Of a stretch of 64,000 nt of DNA, positions 30,201-38,617 are shown one piece after another (positions within the stretch are counted from its first letter, which is position 1; each line of letters starts with the position of its first letter). The notes beneath the pieces were generated by a model, which was given only the letters and a program-made list of their open reading frames with translations, made no database searches and was not told the origin of the DNA. The DNA lies in contig JBEGVB010000024.1 in NCBI GenBank assembly GCA_041178545.1, positions 3,355 to 67,354 on the forward strand, written 5' to 3'. Source of the stretch: Planctomycetota bacterium (GTDB taxonomy: Bacteria > Planctomycetota > UBA1135 > UBA2386). Position numbers and translations under genes: made by a program.

Positions 30201-30543
30201 CGGGGTCCTGGAGGCAGCAGCAGCCCTGTTGTGCAACATGGCCGGGCTCAGCTCCCTCACCGTGGCGAGCGGTGCCACGCGCACTGCCGACTCGGCCACC
30301 GTCGTCGTGGGCGGCGCCCGCGCCTACCTGCCGGGCGTGGTGGACCTCGACAAGGAGCGTGCGCGGTTGCGCCAGCAGGCCGACAAGCTGCGCGGCCAGA
30401 TCGAGGGACTCGCGCGCAAGCTTTCCAACGAGGGATTCCTCGCCAAGGCGCCTGCCGACGTCGTCGCCAAGGAGCGCGCCAGCCTCGAGGCCATGCAGTC
30501 ACAGCTCGCCACGCTCGAAGAGAGCCTGCGGGAACTGGGCTGA
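27253..30543 (+). CDS. valS: Valine--tRNA ligase
   Basis: PNVTGALHMGHA, GTDHAGIATQ, ATTRPETMLGDTAVAVHP, DWCISRQLWWGHRIP, DTWFSSALWP, RMSKS; C-terminal coiled coil. Confidence 0.97.
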   Translation: MTSALPEKYDPATLEPAVTQKWLQQKAFGATPDARENRYVVMMPLPNVTGALHMGHAMDNVMQDLLIRWHRMQGDNTLWMAGTDHAGIATQSVVEKRLKEIEGRTRHDIGREALVERIWAWKEQCQTRIVTQQQAMGCSCDWDRTRFTMDAVCARAVRHTFFRMFRDGLIFRGNRLVNWDCALQTAVADDELYKETVQGKFHYLRYPVANPQAGEPTHVHVATTRPETMLGDTAVAVHPDPAGALEQAIAEQQARVAAATPKERADAERELERLVERRTSVVPHLVQVAAMARAGRKVVLPLLGREIPVVCDTWADPTLGTGCVKVTPAHDPNDYAVWQRHPHIGAVNMMQPDGSIGAAGGVYQGLDRFEARKRILADLDKAGLLERIEDRAMEVDHSDRSKTVVEPWLSRQWFVRMADVEGGILMGRGTAKEFRSPGLAQAALDATNGTLPSLPGGKPRAQVQFHPDQDRYRKMYDQWLAEKRDWCISRQLWWGHRIPVWRGDMPVHKLLALEPVLGSALQRDDIAAWVVTDDGKRWSPAEAFVALRQPGSPAAVEVQICFRDEAQDAQLGPMLQGAGLALDPDVLDTWFSSALWPHSTLGWPNPTTAAVDAGQSPMVTPDGTSVLDYYYPGSCLVTGRDIITLWVARMVVTGLYNLGDLPFRDVFLHATILDGKGERMSKSKGNGIDPLDIISRYGADALRYIVCELQTGTQDIRLPVQAISPFDSEERLIDLATAKQGPFVGTYVDPKTGKVFDLVGLYQKEGFAQARATSDRFAVGANFCNKLFNAARFAFLNVEGCTFRPLDRATLPLEDRWVLSRLQAAVTTTQAQLCDYNPSAAIGTLREFFWNEFCDWYLELVKPRFRPEADPAGAAVARQVLAAVLDQSLRLLHPFVPFLTETLWTRLDELAPVRGIETPFAPSKLLVHAQWPAGRPAWSDAAAEEQVRAVQQWCVAIRETRSRYQVAPKVRLECRIAAEGAVAGVLEAAAALLCNMAGLSSLTVASGATRTADSATVVVGGARAYLPGVVDLDKERARLRQQADKLRGQIEGLARKLSNEGFLAKAPADVVAKERASLEAMQSQLATLEESLRELG

Positions 30544-30550
30544 GGCCGCC

Positions 30551-31090
30551 ATGCTGTTCCGTTTCGAGATCGGCGTCGCAGACCTCGACCGCGACCACTA
30601 CACGACCCTCGACCTGCGCGTCGCCCGCCATCCGTCCGAGGACAACCCCTACATGCTCACCCGCGTGCTCGCGTTCGCACTCGAGCACAAGGAGGGGCTC
30701 GAGTTCAGCGCCGGCGGTCTCAGCGACGTCGACGTGCCCGCCCTCCTCGTGCGCGACGACACCGGCAGGATCCGCGAGTGGATCGAGGTCGGTGCCCCTG
30801 CCCCCGACCGGCTCCACCGCGCGGCCAAGGCAGCCGAGCGGGTCGTCGTCTGGTGCCACCGCAGGCCCGACCTGCTGCGCCAGCGCTGTCAGAAGGAACG
30901 GGTCCACCGTGCCGAGCAGGTCCAGGTCGTCGAGGTGCCGGGGGACCTGCTGGATGCGCTCGAGAGGCGACTCGACCGCAACAACCGGTGGGACCTCACG
31001 AGGCAGGAAGGCCGCATCACCCTCGTGATCGGTGCGGACGTGGTCGAGGCAGGTCTCGAGTCCGGCCCGCTGGCACCGCCGACAGGCTGA
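30551..31090 (+). CDS. yaeQ: YaeQ family protein
   Basis: ADLDRDHY...ARHPSE...RVLAFAL...GLS.D.P...WIEVG.P. Confidence 0.9.
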   Translation: MLFRFEIGVADLDRDHYTTLDLRVARHPSEDNPYMLTRVLAFALEHKEGLEFSAGGLSDVDVPALLVRDDTGRIREWIEVGAPAPDRLHRAAKAAERVVVWCHRRPDLLRQRCQKERVHRAEQVQVVEVPGDLLDALERRLDRNNRWDLTRQEGRITLVIGADVVEAGLESGPLAPPTG

Positions 31091-31210
31091 GTCCCCGGGA
31101 CGACACTGGGCACAAGTGCCCATGGGCCCCTGCAGCCCGACAGCCGATCCTGCTGTGGACTCCAGACCGGCTCTGGCAGAGTGACCGGAGCCCAACCCAA
31201 ACCGCTGCCC

Positions 31211-31777
31211 ATGTACGGACTCGTCAACAAGGCTGTCGAAGGCCTCCTCCGCTCCAGGTTCGGCGACTCGACCTGGCACCGGATCCGCGAGAGTGCCGGG
31301 CTCCCGGACCAGCCGTTCCTCTCCATGGAGCAGTATCCGGACGCATCCACCTATGCGCTCGTGGGTGCTGCGAGCCGCATCCTCGGCGTCGATGCCGATG
31401 CCATCCTGCGGGAGTTCGGCCGCTACTGGACCGAGTACACCGGTGAGCAGGGCTACGGCGAGCTCATGCGCAGCGCAGGCAGGACCCTGCCCGAGTTCCT
31501 GCGCAACCTCGACCAGTTGCACACACGCATCCAGCTCGCCTTCCCGCACCTCCAGCCGCCGAGCTTCTCGGTCTCCGACGAGACCGAGAACAGCCTCGTG
31601 CTCCACTACTTCTCCGAACGTGCGGGACTTGCCCCGCTCGTCGAGGGACTGGTCGACGGACTCGGCAAGCGTTTCCAACTCGAGGTCTCCATCCGCCGGG
31701 GGCGGGTCGAGACGCCCACGCCGCACGAGACCTTCCACCTGCAGTGGCGCGCGGCAGCCGGCCAGGGCACGACATGA
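31211..31777 (+). CDS. Stand-alone H-NOX (heme NO-binding) protein
   Basis: MYGLVN start, FLRNLDQLH (proximal His), PPSF, LHYFSER (YxSxR heme motif). Confidence 0.92.
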   Translation: MYGLVNKAVEGLLRSRFGDSTWHRIRESAGLPDQPFLSMEQYPDASTYALVGAASRILGVDADAILREFGRYWTEYTGEQGYGELMRSAGRTLPEFLRNLDQLHTRIQLAFPHLQPPSFSVSDETENSLVLHYFSERAGLAPLVEGLVDGLGKRFQLEVSIRRGRVETPTPHETFHLQWRAAAGQGTT

Positions 31778-33417
31778 GTGCAGGCGAGCCAGCCACGCCG
31801 GGAACATCGTCCTTGCGGGCGCAACAGGACCTGCTCCTGCAGTTGTTCCCGTTCCACTTCACCGTCGGTGCCGACGGACGGATCCATGCCCTCGGCAGTC
31901 GCTGGGCCTCCATGCCGGGGGGCGTGCGCGAGGGAGCCGCCTTCGACCAGACCTTCTCCGTCGTGCGACCTGTCGGACTTGCCGGGCACCGCGACCTGAC
32001 CAGGCGGCCCGAGGACGTCTTCGTCCTGCGGCTGAGGAGCAGCGGGGGTCCCTCGTTCCGGGGCCAGTTCCTGCCCAGCCGTGGCCCTGACGGCGAGGAC
32101 TGGGTCCACTTCGTCGGCGGCCCGTGGGTCACCAGCCTCTCCGCCCTCTCCGAGCACGGGCTCGAGCTGCGCGACTTCCCGCCGCACGACCCGCGTGGCG
32201 ACATGCTCCTCCTCATGCAGGTGCAGGAGTCCTCGCTCGCCGAGATGCGCAAGCTCGCTGCCAACCTGCAGCAGCGCATGGAGGAACAGGCGCGCCTCGA
32301 GAACCAGATCCGCCACATCCAGAAGATGGAGCTGGTGGGCAGGCTCGCGGGCGGCATGGCCCACAACTTCAACAACATCCTCATGACCATCAGCAGCTAC
32401 GCCGAGTTGGCGCTGATGCAGGCCGAGGGCGATGCACAGGCGCGCGAGTCGCTGCAGGAGATCCTCGCGGCCACCGAGCACGCCACCTCCATCACCCGCG
32501 GCATGCTCTCCATGAGCCGCAGGCACCCGGTGCGCATGGAGGACCTCGACCTCGGCACCGAGCTGGAGGAGTTGCGGCGCTTCACCGAGCCGCTGCTCGG
32601 CAGGCAGGCCGTGTTGCACCTGGACGTCGACCCCGATGTGCGCGGCGTGCACAGCGACAGTTCGTGCCTCAAGCAGATCCTCATGAACCTCGTGCTCAAT
32701 GCACGGGATGCAATGCCTGCCGGCGGCACCATCCGCATCCATGCATCCGTCCAGCCACCCGAGGAACACCTTGCGGGATGCGAGGCATCGCGGGTCTGCA
32801 TCACGGTTGCCGACACGGGCACCGGCATGGACGAGGCAACCAAGGCACGCGTGTTCGAGCCGTTCTTCACCACCAAGCCCTCCGGCAAGGGCGTCGGACT
32901 CGGGTTGCCCACCGTGTACGGGCTGGTCCAGCAGGTTGGCGGCTCGATCGACCTGGAGAGCCGCCTGGGCGTCGGCACGACTTTCCGTGTGGTGCTGCCT
33001 GCCGCCAGGGGCACCGCACTGCCGGCAGCGAGTCGTACCGAGACCGCCAACCCGGGTGGCCACGTCCTCCTCGTCGACGACGACCCTGCCGTGCGCAAGC
33101 CCATGGAACAGCTCCTCCTCCGCGCGGGCTACCAGGTCACGCCCGCCTCCAGTGCCGAGGCTGCCATCGAGACCCTCGGCGGCGGAGCGCGCTTCGACGC
33201 CATCGTCACCGACATCGTCATGACGGGCTTGTCCGGCGTCCAACTCGCGGGCGCGATCGAGGCCCGCGTGGGCAAGGTCCCCACGATCCTCATGAGCGGG
33301 CACAACGAGGATGCAGGGCTCAAGGTGGAGTCGCTGCCGCGGCACCAGCGCTTCCTCACCAAGCCGTTCTCGTCCGAGCATCTGCTCGCCACACTCCGCG
33401 AACTCCTCAGCCGCTGA
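31774..33417 (+). CDS. Hybrid sensor histidine kinase: H-NOBA/PAS-like + HisKA + HATPase + REC
   Basis: LFPFHF...RGQF...GLELRDFPPHD (H-NOBA); AHNFNN H-box; NLVLNARDAM; DTGTGM; FFTTKPSGKGVGLGL; C-terminal REC. ATGA overlap with H-NOX. Confidence 0.9.
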   Translation: MSAGEPATPGTSSLRAQQDLLLQLFPFHFTVGADGRIHALGSRWASMPGGVREGAAFDQTFSVVRPVGLAGHRDLTRRPEDVFVLRLRSSGGPSFRGQFLPSRGPDGEDWVHFVGGPWVTSLSALSEHGLELRDFPPHDPRGDMLLLMQVQESSLAEMRKLAANLQQRMEEQARLENQIRHIQKMELVGRLAGGMAHNFNNILMTISSYAELALMQAEGDAQARESLQEILAATEHATSITRGMLSMSRRHPVRMEDLDLGTELEELRRFTEPLLGRQAVLHLDVDPDVRGVHSDSSCLKQILMNLVLNARDAMPAGGTIRIHASVQPPEEHLAGCEASRVCITVADTGTGMDEATKARVFEPFFTTKPSGKGVGLGLPTVYGLVQQVGGSIDLESRLGVGTTFRVVLPAARGTALPAASRTETANPGGHVLLVDDDPAVRKPMEQLLLRAGYQVTPASSAEAAIETLGGGARFDAIVTDIVMTGLSGVQLAGAIEARVGKVPTILMSGHNEDAGLKVESLPRHQRFLTKPFSSEHLLATLRELLSR

Positions 33418-33637
33418 CCACGGGGCGGTCGCCGCCGGCTGCACACGCGGCGCAGACACAGGCGACGCCACGGGCCGCTGCCGGGACCTGGTCCAGCACC
33501 GACTGCGGGATGGTGGCGCGGAAGCACCAGCAGTCCACGGTGGCGGCGGCGGATGCGCATGGGGTGCCCTGGGTGCGAGCCATGGCGCACTGGTTGGCCT
33601 GCCCGCAGAGGGGGCAGCATCTGGGGTCAGGGCTCAT
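33407..33637 (-). CDS. Cysteine-rich CWC family small protein
   Basis: CPLCGQANQC...CWC...IP...L..VP......CVCAAC. Confidence 0.8.
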   Translation of the reverse strand: MSPDPRCCPLCGQANQCAMARTQGTPCASAAATVDCWCFRATIPQSVLDQVPAAARGVACVCAACAAGGDRPVVSG

Positions 33638-33647
33638 TCCATCCCAC

Positions 33648-34104
33648 GATACCGATCGCGGAGTTGTGGAGGGGCGACGGCTGGGTTGCACGGAGAGCGA
33701 GGCTTGGGGACCAGCCCTTGCCACCAGCCCAGGATGGCAGTCGGCCATCCCCGCGGCGCAGACCGTCGCCGCTGGTGTGGCTGTGCTGGCCCCAGACCGG
33801 CGCAGGCCCCCCAACGGCTCTCGACCGCCACTGGACAGCCAAGCTGAACGGCTTGCTTGGGCACCCGGAGTGCGCGCCGCCGCTCTGGGGACCCGTGCCT
33901 GCTGCAGGTACCCGGACCTACCGCGGGCCAAGGCCTCGCTGTCGGCCTACCGCCCCGGGAAACGGCTGGGCAGAGCCGACTCAGGCCATGGCCGCATGCC
34001 GGGACAGGAGTTTGCGTCTGCGTACCTCGTCCAGACCGGTTGCCGCATGCAGTGCAACGGGAACCTCGCCGGTGACAGGGTTCCACAACTCCGCGATCAG
34101 TATC
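33648..34104. mobile_element. MITE-like non-autonomous element (457 bp) with 23-bp terminal inverted repeats
   Basis: GATACCGATCGCGGAGTTGTGGA (33648-33670) versus TCCACAACTCCGCGATCAGTATC (34082-34104): reverse complements at 22/23. No transposase inside and no clear target-site duplication. Confidence 0.7.
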
Positions 34105-34145
34105 CTTTGCAACCTCCCCGTCTCCCCCCTCGAACCACCCTGGCC

Positions 34146-34751
34146 ATGCACCCCCTGCTCCTGCCCCTGCTCGTCACCGGCTGTTCGCTCTCGCTCCTCT
34201 CCTGCTGCTCGCAGGAAGCCCCGGCAGCAGCACCCGTGGCGCCCGCGGCCGAGGCGAGCAACACCGTCCCCGCCACGACGCCGTCTGTCGAGACCCCGGC
34301 CACCAGCCCAACCAACCCATCGGAACCTGCAGCCATGCCCACCCAGCCCACCGGCTACAACAAACTGACCGCCGAAGAAGCACGCGTCATCCTGCAGAAG
34401 GGCACCGAGTGGCGTGGCACCGGCGAGTACACGTCCAACAAGGCCAAGGGCACGTACCTCTGCCGCCAGTGCAACATCCCGCTCTACACCTCCGACCAGA
34501 AGTTCGAGAGCAACTGTGGCTGGCCCAGCTTCGACGACGAGATCGAGGGCCGGGTCGACCGGCACCCTGACCCCGACGGCATGCGGGTCGAGATCGTCTG
34601 CGCCAACTGCCAAGGCCACCTCGGCCACGTGTTCGAGGGCGAGGGCTTCACGGACAAGAACATCCGCCACTGCGTGAACTCGATCTCGATGCGCTTCGTG
34701 CCCGCGGGCCAGGAACTGCCCAAGCCCATCGTGCTGCCGAAGGCGAAGTGA
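34146..34751 (+). CDS. msrB: Peptide-methionine (R)-S-oxide reductase with exported/lipoprotein-like N-terminus
   Basis: KGTE, YLCRQC, KFESNCGWPSF, EIVCANC.GHLGHVF, RHCVNS. Confidence 0.92.
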   Translation: MHPLLLPLLVTGCSLSLLSCCSQEAPAAAPVAPAAEASNTVPATTPSVETPATSPTNPSEPAAMPTQPTGYNKLTAEEARVILQKGTEWRGTGEYTSNKAKGTYLCRQCNIPLYTSDQKFESNCGWPSFDDEIEGRVDRHPDPDGMRVEIVCANCQGHLGHVFEGEGFTDKNIRHCVNSISMRFVPAGQELPKPIVLPKAK

Positions 34752-34752
34752 C

Positions 34753-36564
34753 GTGACCCGCGTGCGCCACGGACGGGTCCACACGGCACTGGCCGTGTGG
34801 CTGCTGCTGGGCGTCCCGTTCGCCTCCGCACAGGACCCCGAGGCCACGCCGGAGGGACGCAGCACGTACCTGGGGCGCCCCGTGGCCCACACGATGCACT
34901 GGACCGGTGCCGCCTGGCTGCTGCGCGCGACGCGCGAGCAGGAGGAGAACGGCGTGCTGCTGCGCAAGTGGCTCGACGTGCAGCCCGGCCAGGCGGTCTG
35001 CGACCTCGGCTGCGGCAATGGCTACCACACGCTCCCCTTGGCGGAGACCGTGGGCAAGCAGGGTCTCGTGTACGCAGTGGAGCTGCAGCCCAAGCTGCTC
35101 GAGATGCTGGAGCTGCGCGCAAGGCCGCGCGGCATCGAGAACCTCCGCTATGTCGAGTGCACGGTGGACGACCCGAGGCTGCCCGCCGACTCTTGCGACC
35201 TCGTGCTGATGGTGGACGTCTACCACGAGATGTCGCACCCCGTCCGCGTGATGCAGGCCGTCAAGCGCGCGCTGCGACCCGACGGCCGCGTGGTGCTGGT
35301 GGAGTTCCGCGCCGAGGACCCCGAGGTGCCCATCAAGCCCGAGCACACGATGGCCAAGGCACAGGTGCTGCGCGAGATGGCCGAACACGGCTTCGTCCTC
35401 GCCGACGAGACCGACGAGTTGCCCTGGCAGCACGCGATGAGCTTCGTGCCTGCCCCGGCAGACCCGCGGCTCGGTGCCCGCCAGACGGTGCATGGGTTCT
35501 TGCGCGCAACTGCAGGCGGTGACGACCGCGTGGTCGCACCGTTCCTCGCCGACGAGGCGCTGCTCGGCACGCTTCCTGCCCTTGCCGCCGACGACCGCGC
35601 CGAGCTCGAGGCAGGACCCGACGGCAGCCTTGTTGCACGACTGCGGACGGCCACCGGCGAACGGTTGCCCCACGACCTCGACGAACTGGTGCTGACCCGC
35701 GACGAGTTCGGCCGCTGGGTGGTGCGCGAGGTCCGCACGAGGACCGACGCGCCTCGCGGCCACGGCTCACTGCGCCCGTTCGTGGCGATGCACACGGGCA
35801 CGGGCACCGCGCCCGCCGAACAACAGGCTGCGATGGTGCGCGAACTCGGTTTCGACGGGATGGAGTGCCCGGTCGAGCGCACGGCCGAGACGCGGAGGGC
35901 CTGCGAGGCCGCGGGCACCGACCTGCGCGCGGCCTACGGCGTGCTCGACCTCGTCGACATCCCCGCCACCGAGTCCAACCCGGTGCGGATCCTCGCGCCC
36001 CGCCTCGAACCGATGCGCCGTGCAATGCGCGAACTCGCAGGCGGCCCCGGGATGCTCTGGTTGGCGCTGCGCCACGATCGCGCTGCACGGCGCGACGCAG
36101 CCGGCGACCCCGCCGCATGGTTCGCCCTGCGACAGTTGCTGGAGGAGTCGCGGGCAACAGGCGTCGAGATCGCGCTCTACCCCCACAAGGACTTCTGGCT
36201 GGAGACCGTCGACGATGCACTGCGGCTCGCGGCCCGCATCGACGACCCCAGGCTCGGGGTCTGCTTCAACCTGTGCCACCACCTCGCCACGAGCGACGAC
36301 ACGGACGTGCGACCAGTCCTCGGGCGCTGTGGCAAGCTGCTGCTGGCCGCCACGGTGAGCGGCGCGGACGCGGACGGAACCGAATGGTCGACTCTCATCC
36401 AGCCACTCGGCCGCGGCAGCCACCCGCTGGGCCAGTTCCTCAAGGGGCTCGATGCACAGGGGTTCCGTGGTCCCGTGGGCCTGCAGGCCTTCGGCATCGC
36501 GCAGCTTCCTCGCGATCACCTCACCGAGTCGATGGCCGCCTGGCGGGCCGCGCACGCTCGCTGA
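34753..36564 (+). CDS. Fusion: class I SAM-dependent methyltransferase + xylose-isomerase-like TIM barrel
   Basis: N-terminal AAWL.R..RE.EE, CDLGCGNGY, MVDVYHE, LVEFRAED; C-terminal IALYPH, GVCFNLCH, LIQPLGRG, GPVGLQ. Confidence 0.75.
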   Translation: MTRVRHGRVHTALAVWLLLGVPFASAQDPEATPEGRSTYLGRPVAHTMHWTGAAWLLRATREQEENGVLLRKWLDVQPGQAVCDLGCGNGYHTLPLAETVGKQGLVYAVELQPKLLEMLELRARPRGIENLRYVECTVDDPRLPADSCDLVLMVDVYHEMSHPVRVMQAVKRALRPDGRVVLVEFRAEDPEVPIKPEHTMAKAQVLREMAEHGFVLADETDELPWQHAMSFVPAPADPRLGARQTVHGFLRATAGGDDRVVAPFLADEALLGTLPALAADDRAELEAGPDGSLVARLRTATGERLPHDLDELVLTRDEFGRWVVREVRTRTDAPRGHGSLRPFVAMHTGTGTAPAEQQAAMVRELGFDGMECPVERTAETRRACEAAGTDLRAAYGVLDLVDIPATESNPVRILAPRLEPMRRAMRELAGGPGMLWLALRHDRAARRDAAGDPAAWFALRQLLEESRATGVEIALYPHKDFWLETVDDALRLAARIDDPRLGVCFNLCHHLATSDDTDVRPVLGRCGKLLLAATVSGADADGTEWSTLIQPLGRGSHPLGQFLKGLDAQGFRGPVGLQAFGIAQLPRDHLTESMAAWRAAHAR

Positions 36565-36579
36565 GACGACCTACAGCGC

Positions 36580-37686
36580 CTACTTGGCGCCGTCCTTCCA
36601 CATCTCGAGGGCCTTCTTGAGGTTCTCGTTCTTGGGATCGAGCTGGATCGCGCGCTCCATGGTGGCAAAGGCCTCCTTGCGCAGGTTGTTGTAGAGCTGG
36701 CAGGCGGCAAACGTGTAGAGACGCTCGGCCAGCCACGGGTTGCCGTCCTTCATCGCCTTGGCGGCGGTCTCGGCGGCGGCAACCGACTTCTTCGCGATCT
36801 CCAGCGCGAGCTTCTGCTGGTTCTTGTCCAACTCGGCGCGGAACTCGTACGCGTACGCGACGACGCGGTTGCCCCAGTCCATCACCTCCTCGGGCGGGAT
36901 GTTCTTCCACGCGCGCTCGACTGCCTCGGTGGCCGCCTTGAGGTTCTGGCGCCGCCACTCGGCCGCGGCAATGCGGTCCCAGCCGAGGAACTGGATCCGC
37001 TTGCTCTTCGCCTTCACCAGGAACTCGCGCAGCGGCTTGAGGTCCACATCCTGCGGGGTGATCTCCGGCCTGAAGGTGGCCTCGCAGATGCGCATGAGCA
37101 TGGCCTCGGCAGCGGCCTCGGAGGCGAACTTGGGGTCCTTGGCGAGGATCCCGTCCACGAGCTTGGCCGCTCCTGTCTTGTCTCCAGACGCGGCCAGCTT
37201 GCGCGCGAGGCGCAGCGCGAGCGCATGGTCGTCGGGCTTGGCCTCGAGACTCGTGCGCATGGCACCCATGGTCTCCTTGCCGGAGCGGATGCGCGCGATC
37301 TCGTCGAGCATCGCCTTCACCTGCAGCACGCCGAGGAGCACGTCCTCCACCTTGCCGTCCGGCTTGACGAACAGCACCGTTGGCACGCTCTGGACGCCAT
37401 AGGCCTCGTGCACCTGCTTGCCAACCGGGTCCTCGTACTTGGCACCCATGCACACGAACTCGGACAGCGCAGCCTGCACGGATGCATCCATGACCGTGCC
37501 CTCGTAGAGCTCCTTGCAGAGCGGGTCACCGTCCTTCCAGCAGTAGAGGACGGTCATGCCGGCCTTGGCCGAGGCTGCCGCGGCGATGGCCCCTGCCATG
37601 TCCTTCTGCCACCACTCGACCTTCTGGGCCGGGAGCAGGGCACTGCATGCGAGGAGGGCGAGGACGGAACAGGCTGCGTGGCGCAT
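36580..37686 (-). CDS. Secreted thioredoxin-fold + TPR-like protein
   Basis: Signal peptide; YGVQSVPTVLFVKPDG thioredoxin-like motif without CxxC; helical C-terminus ending AIQLDPKN. Confidence 0.65.
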   Translation of the reverse strand: MRHAACSVLALLACSALLPAQKVEWWQKDMAGAIAAAASAKAGMTVLYCWKDGDPLCKELYEGTVMDASVQAALSEFVCMGAKYEDPVGKQVHEAYGVQSVPTVLFVKPDGKVEDVLLGVLQVKAMLDEIARIRSGKETMGAMRTSLEAKPDDHALALRLARKLAASGDKTGAAKLVDGILAKDPKFASEAAAEAMLMRICEATFRPEITPQDVDLKPLREFLVKAKSKRIQFLGWDRIAAAEWRRQNLKAATEAVERAWKNIPPEEVMDWGNRVVAYAYEFRAELDKNQQKLALEIAKKSVAAAETAAKAMKDGNPWLAERLYTFAACQLYNNLRKEAFATMERAIQLDPKNENLKKALEMWKDGAK

Positions 37687-37770
37687 GACGCGATTGTCGC
37701 GCACGGCCCGGAGCCGGCAAGGGTGCAGCGCGTGCTTGCCCCCCTGCCCTGCACGCCCCATCCTGCCGCC

Positions 37771-38610
37771 ATGCCCGAACTGCCCGAGGTCGAGACCGTG
37801 CGCGCCGGTGCGGAGCCGCACCTGGTGGGCCGTCAGCTGCGTGCGGTGGAGCTGCGACGCACCGACCTGCGCTGGCCGATCCCGGTGGCAGCCGTGCACG
37901 ACCTAGAGGGCAGGAAGTGCACGGCAGTCTCCCGCCGATCCAAGTACCTGCTGCTGCACTTCGACGGCAAGGGAGCCCCCGTGGCGATCGTGCACCTCGG
38001 CATGTCGGGCCGCATGTTCGTGGACGTGCTTGGACCGCGTGCCCCGCGCCCCGACTGGCGCCTGCACGAGCACTGGCGGATGGACTTCGGCACCCGGCTC
38101 GTCCGCCTGGTCGACCCACGCCGCTTCGGCGCCCTGGACGTCAGTCCCGCCGCCGACCTCGCGCACCACAAGCTGCTCGCGGGCCTCGGCATCGAACCGC
38201 TCGAACCCGGGTTCGACGGCGCCTTCCTGCACCGCAAGAGCCGCAAGAAGAAGGCCACCGTGAAGACCCTGCTGATGGACGGCAGGGTGCTCGTTGGCGT
38301 CGGCAACATCTACGCGAGCGAGGCCTGCTGGCGCGCACAGGTGCGTCCGCGCCGTGCCGCAGGGACACTCACGCGCGCCGAGTGCGACTTGCTGGCAACG
38401 GCCGTCGTGGCCGTGCTCACAGCGGCCATCGACGCAGGTGGCACCTCGTTCCGCGACTACGTGGGTGTCGACGAGAACGCTGGGTTCTTCCAGCGCGAGC
38501 TCGCCGTCTACGAGCGCGAGGGCAAGCCGTGCCGGAGGTGCGGGACGGTCGTCCGGCGCACCACCGACGGTGCCCGCAGCACCTACTGGTGCCCCGGCTG
38601 CCAGCGCTGA
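37771..38610 (+). CDS. mutM: Formamidopyrimidine-DNA glycosylase
   Basis: MPELPEVET, RRSKYLL, HLGMSG, DPRRFG, GVGNIYASE; C-terminal CRRC...CPGCQ zinc finger. Confidence 0.96.
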   Translation: MPELPEVETVRAGAEPHLVGRQLRAVELRRTDLRWPIPVAAVHDLEGRKCTAVSRRSKYLLLHFDGKGAPVAIVHLGMSGRMFVDVLGPRAPRPDWRLHEHWRMDFGTRLVRLVDPRRFGALDVSPAADLAHHKLLAGLGIEPLEPGFDGAFLHRKSRKKKATVKTLLMDGRVLVGVGNIYASEACWRAQVRPRRAAGTLTRAECDLLATAVVAVLTAAIDAGGTSFRDYVGVDENAGFFQRELAVYEREGKPCRRCGTVVRRTTDGARSTYWCPGCQR

Positions 38611-38617
38611 GCGAGAC

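Noticed and set aside
33553-34368. 271-aa ORF spanning the MITE-like element as a possible transposase
   Set aside because: No DDE, HUH or serine-recombinase motifs, atypical composition, and it overlaps the CWC and msrB genes.
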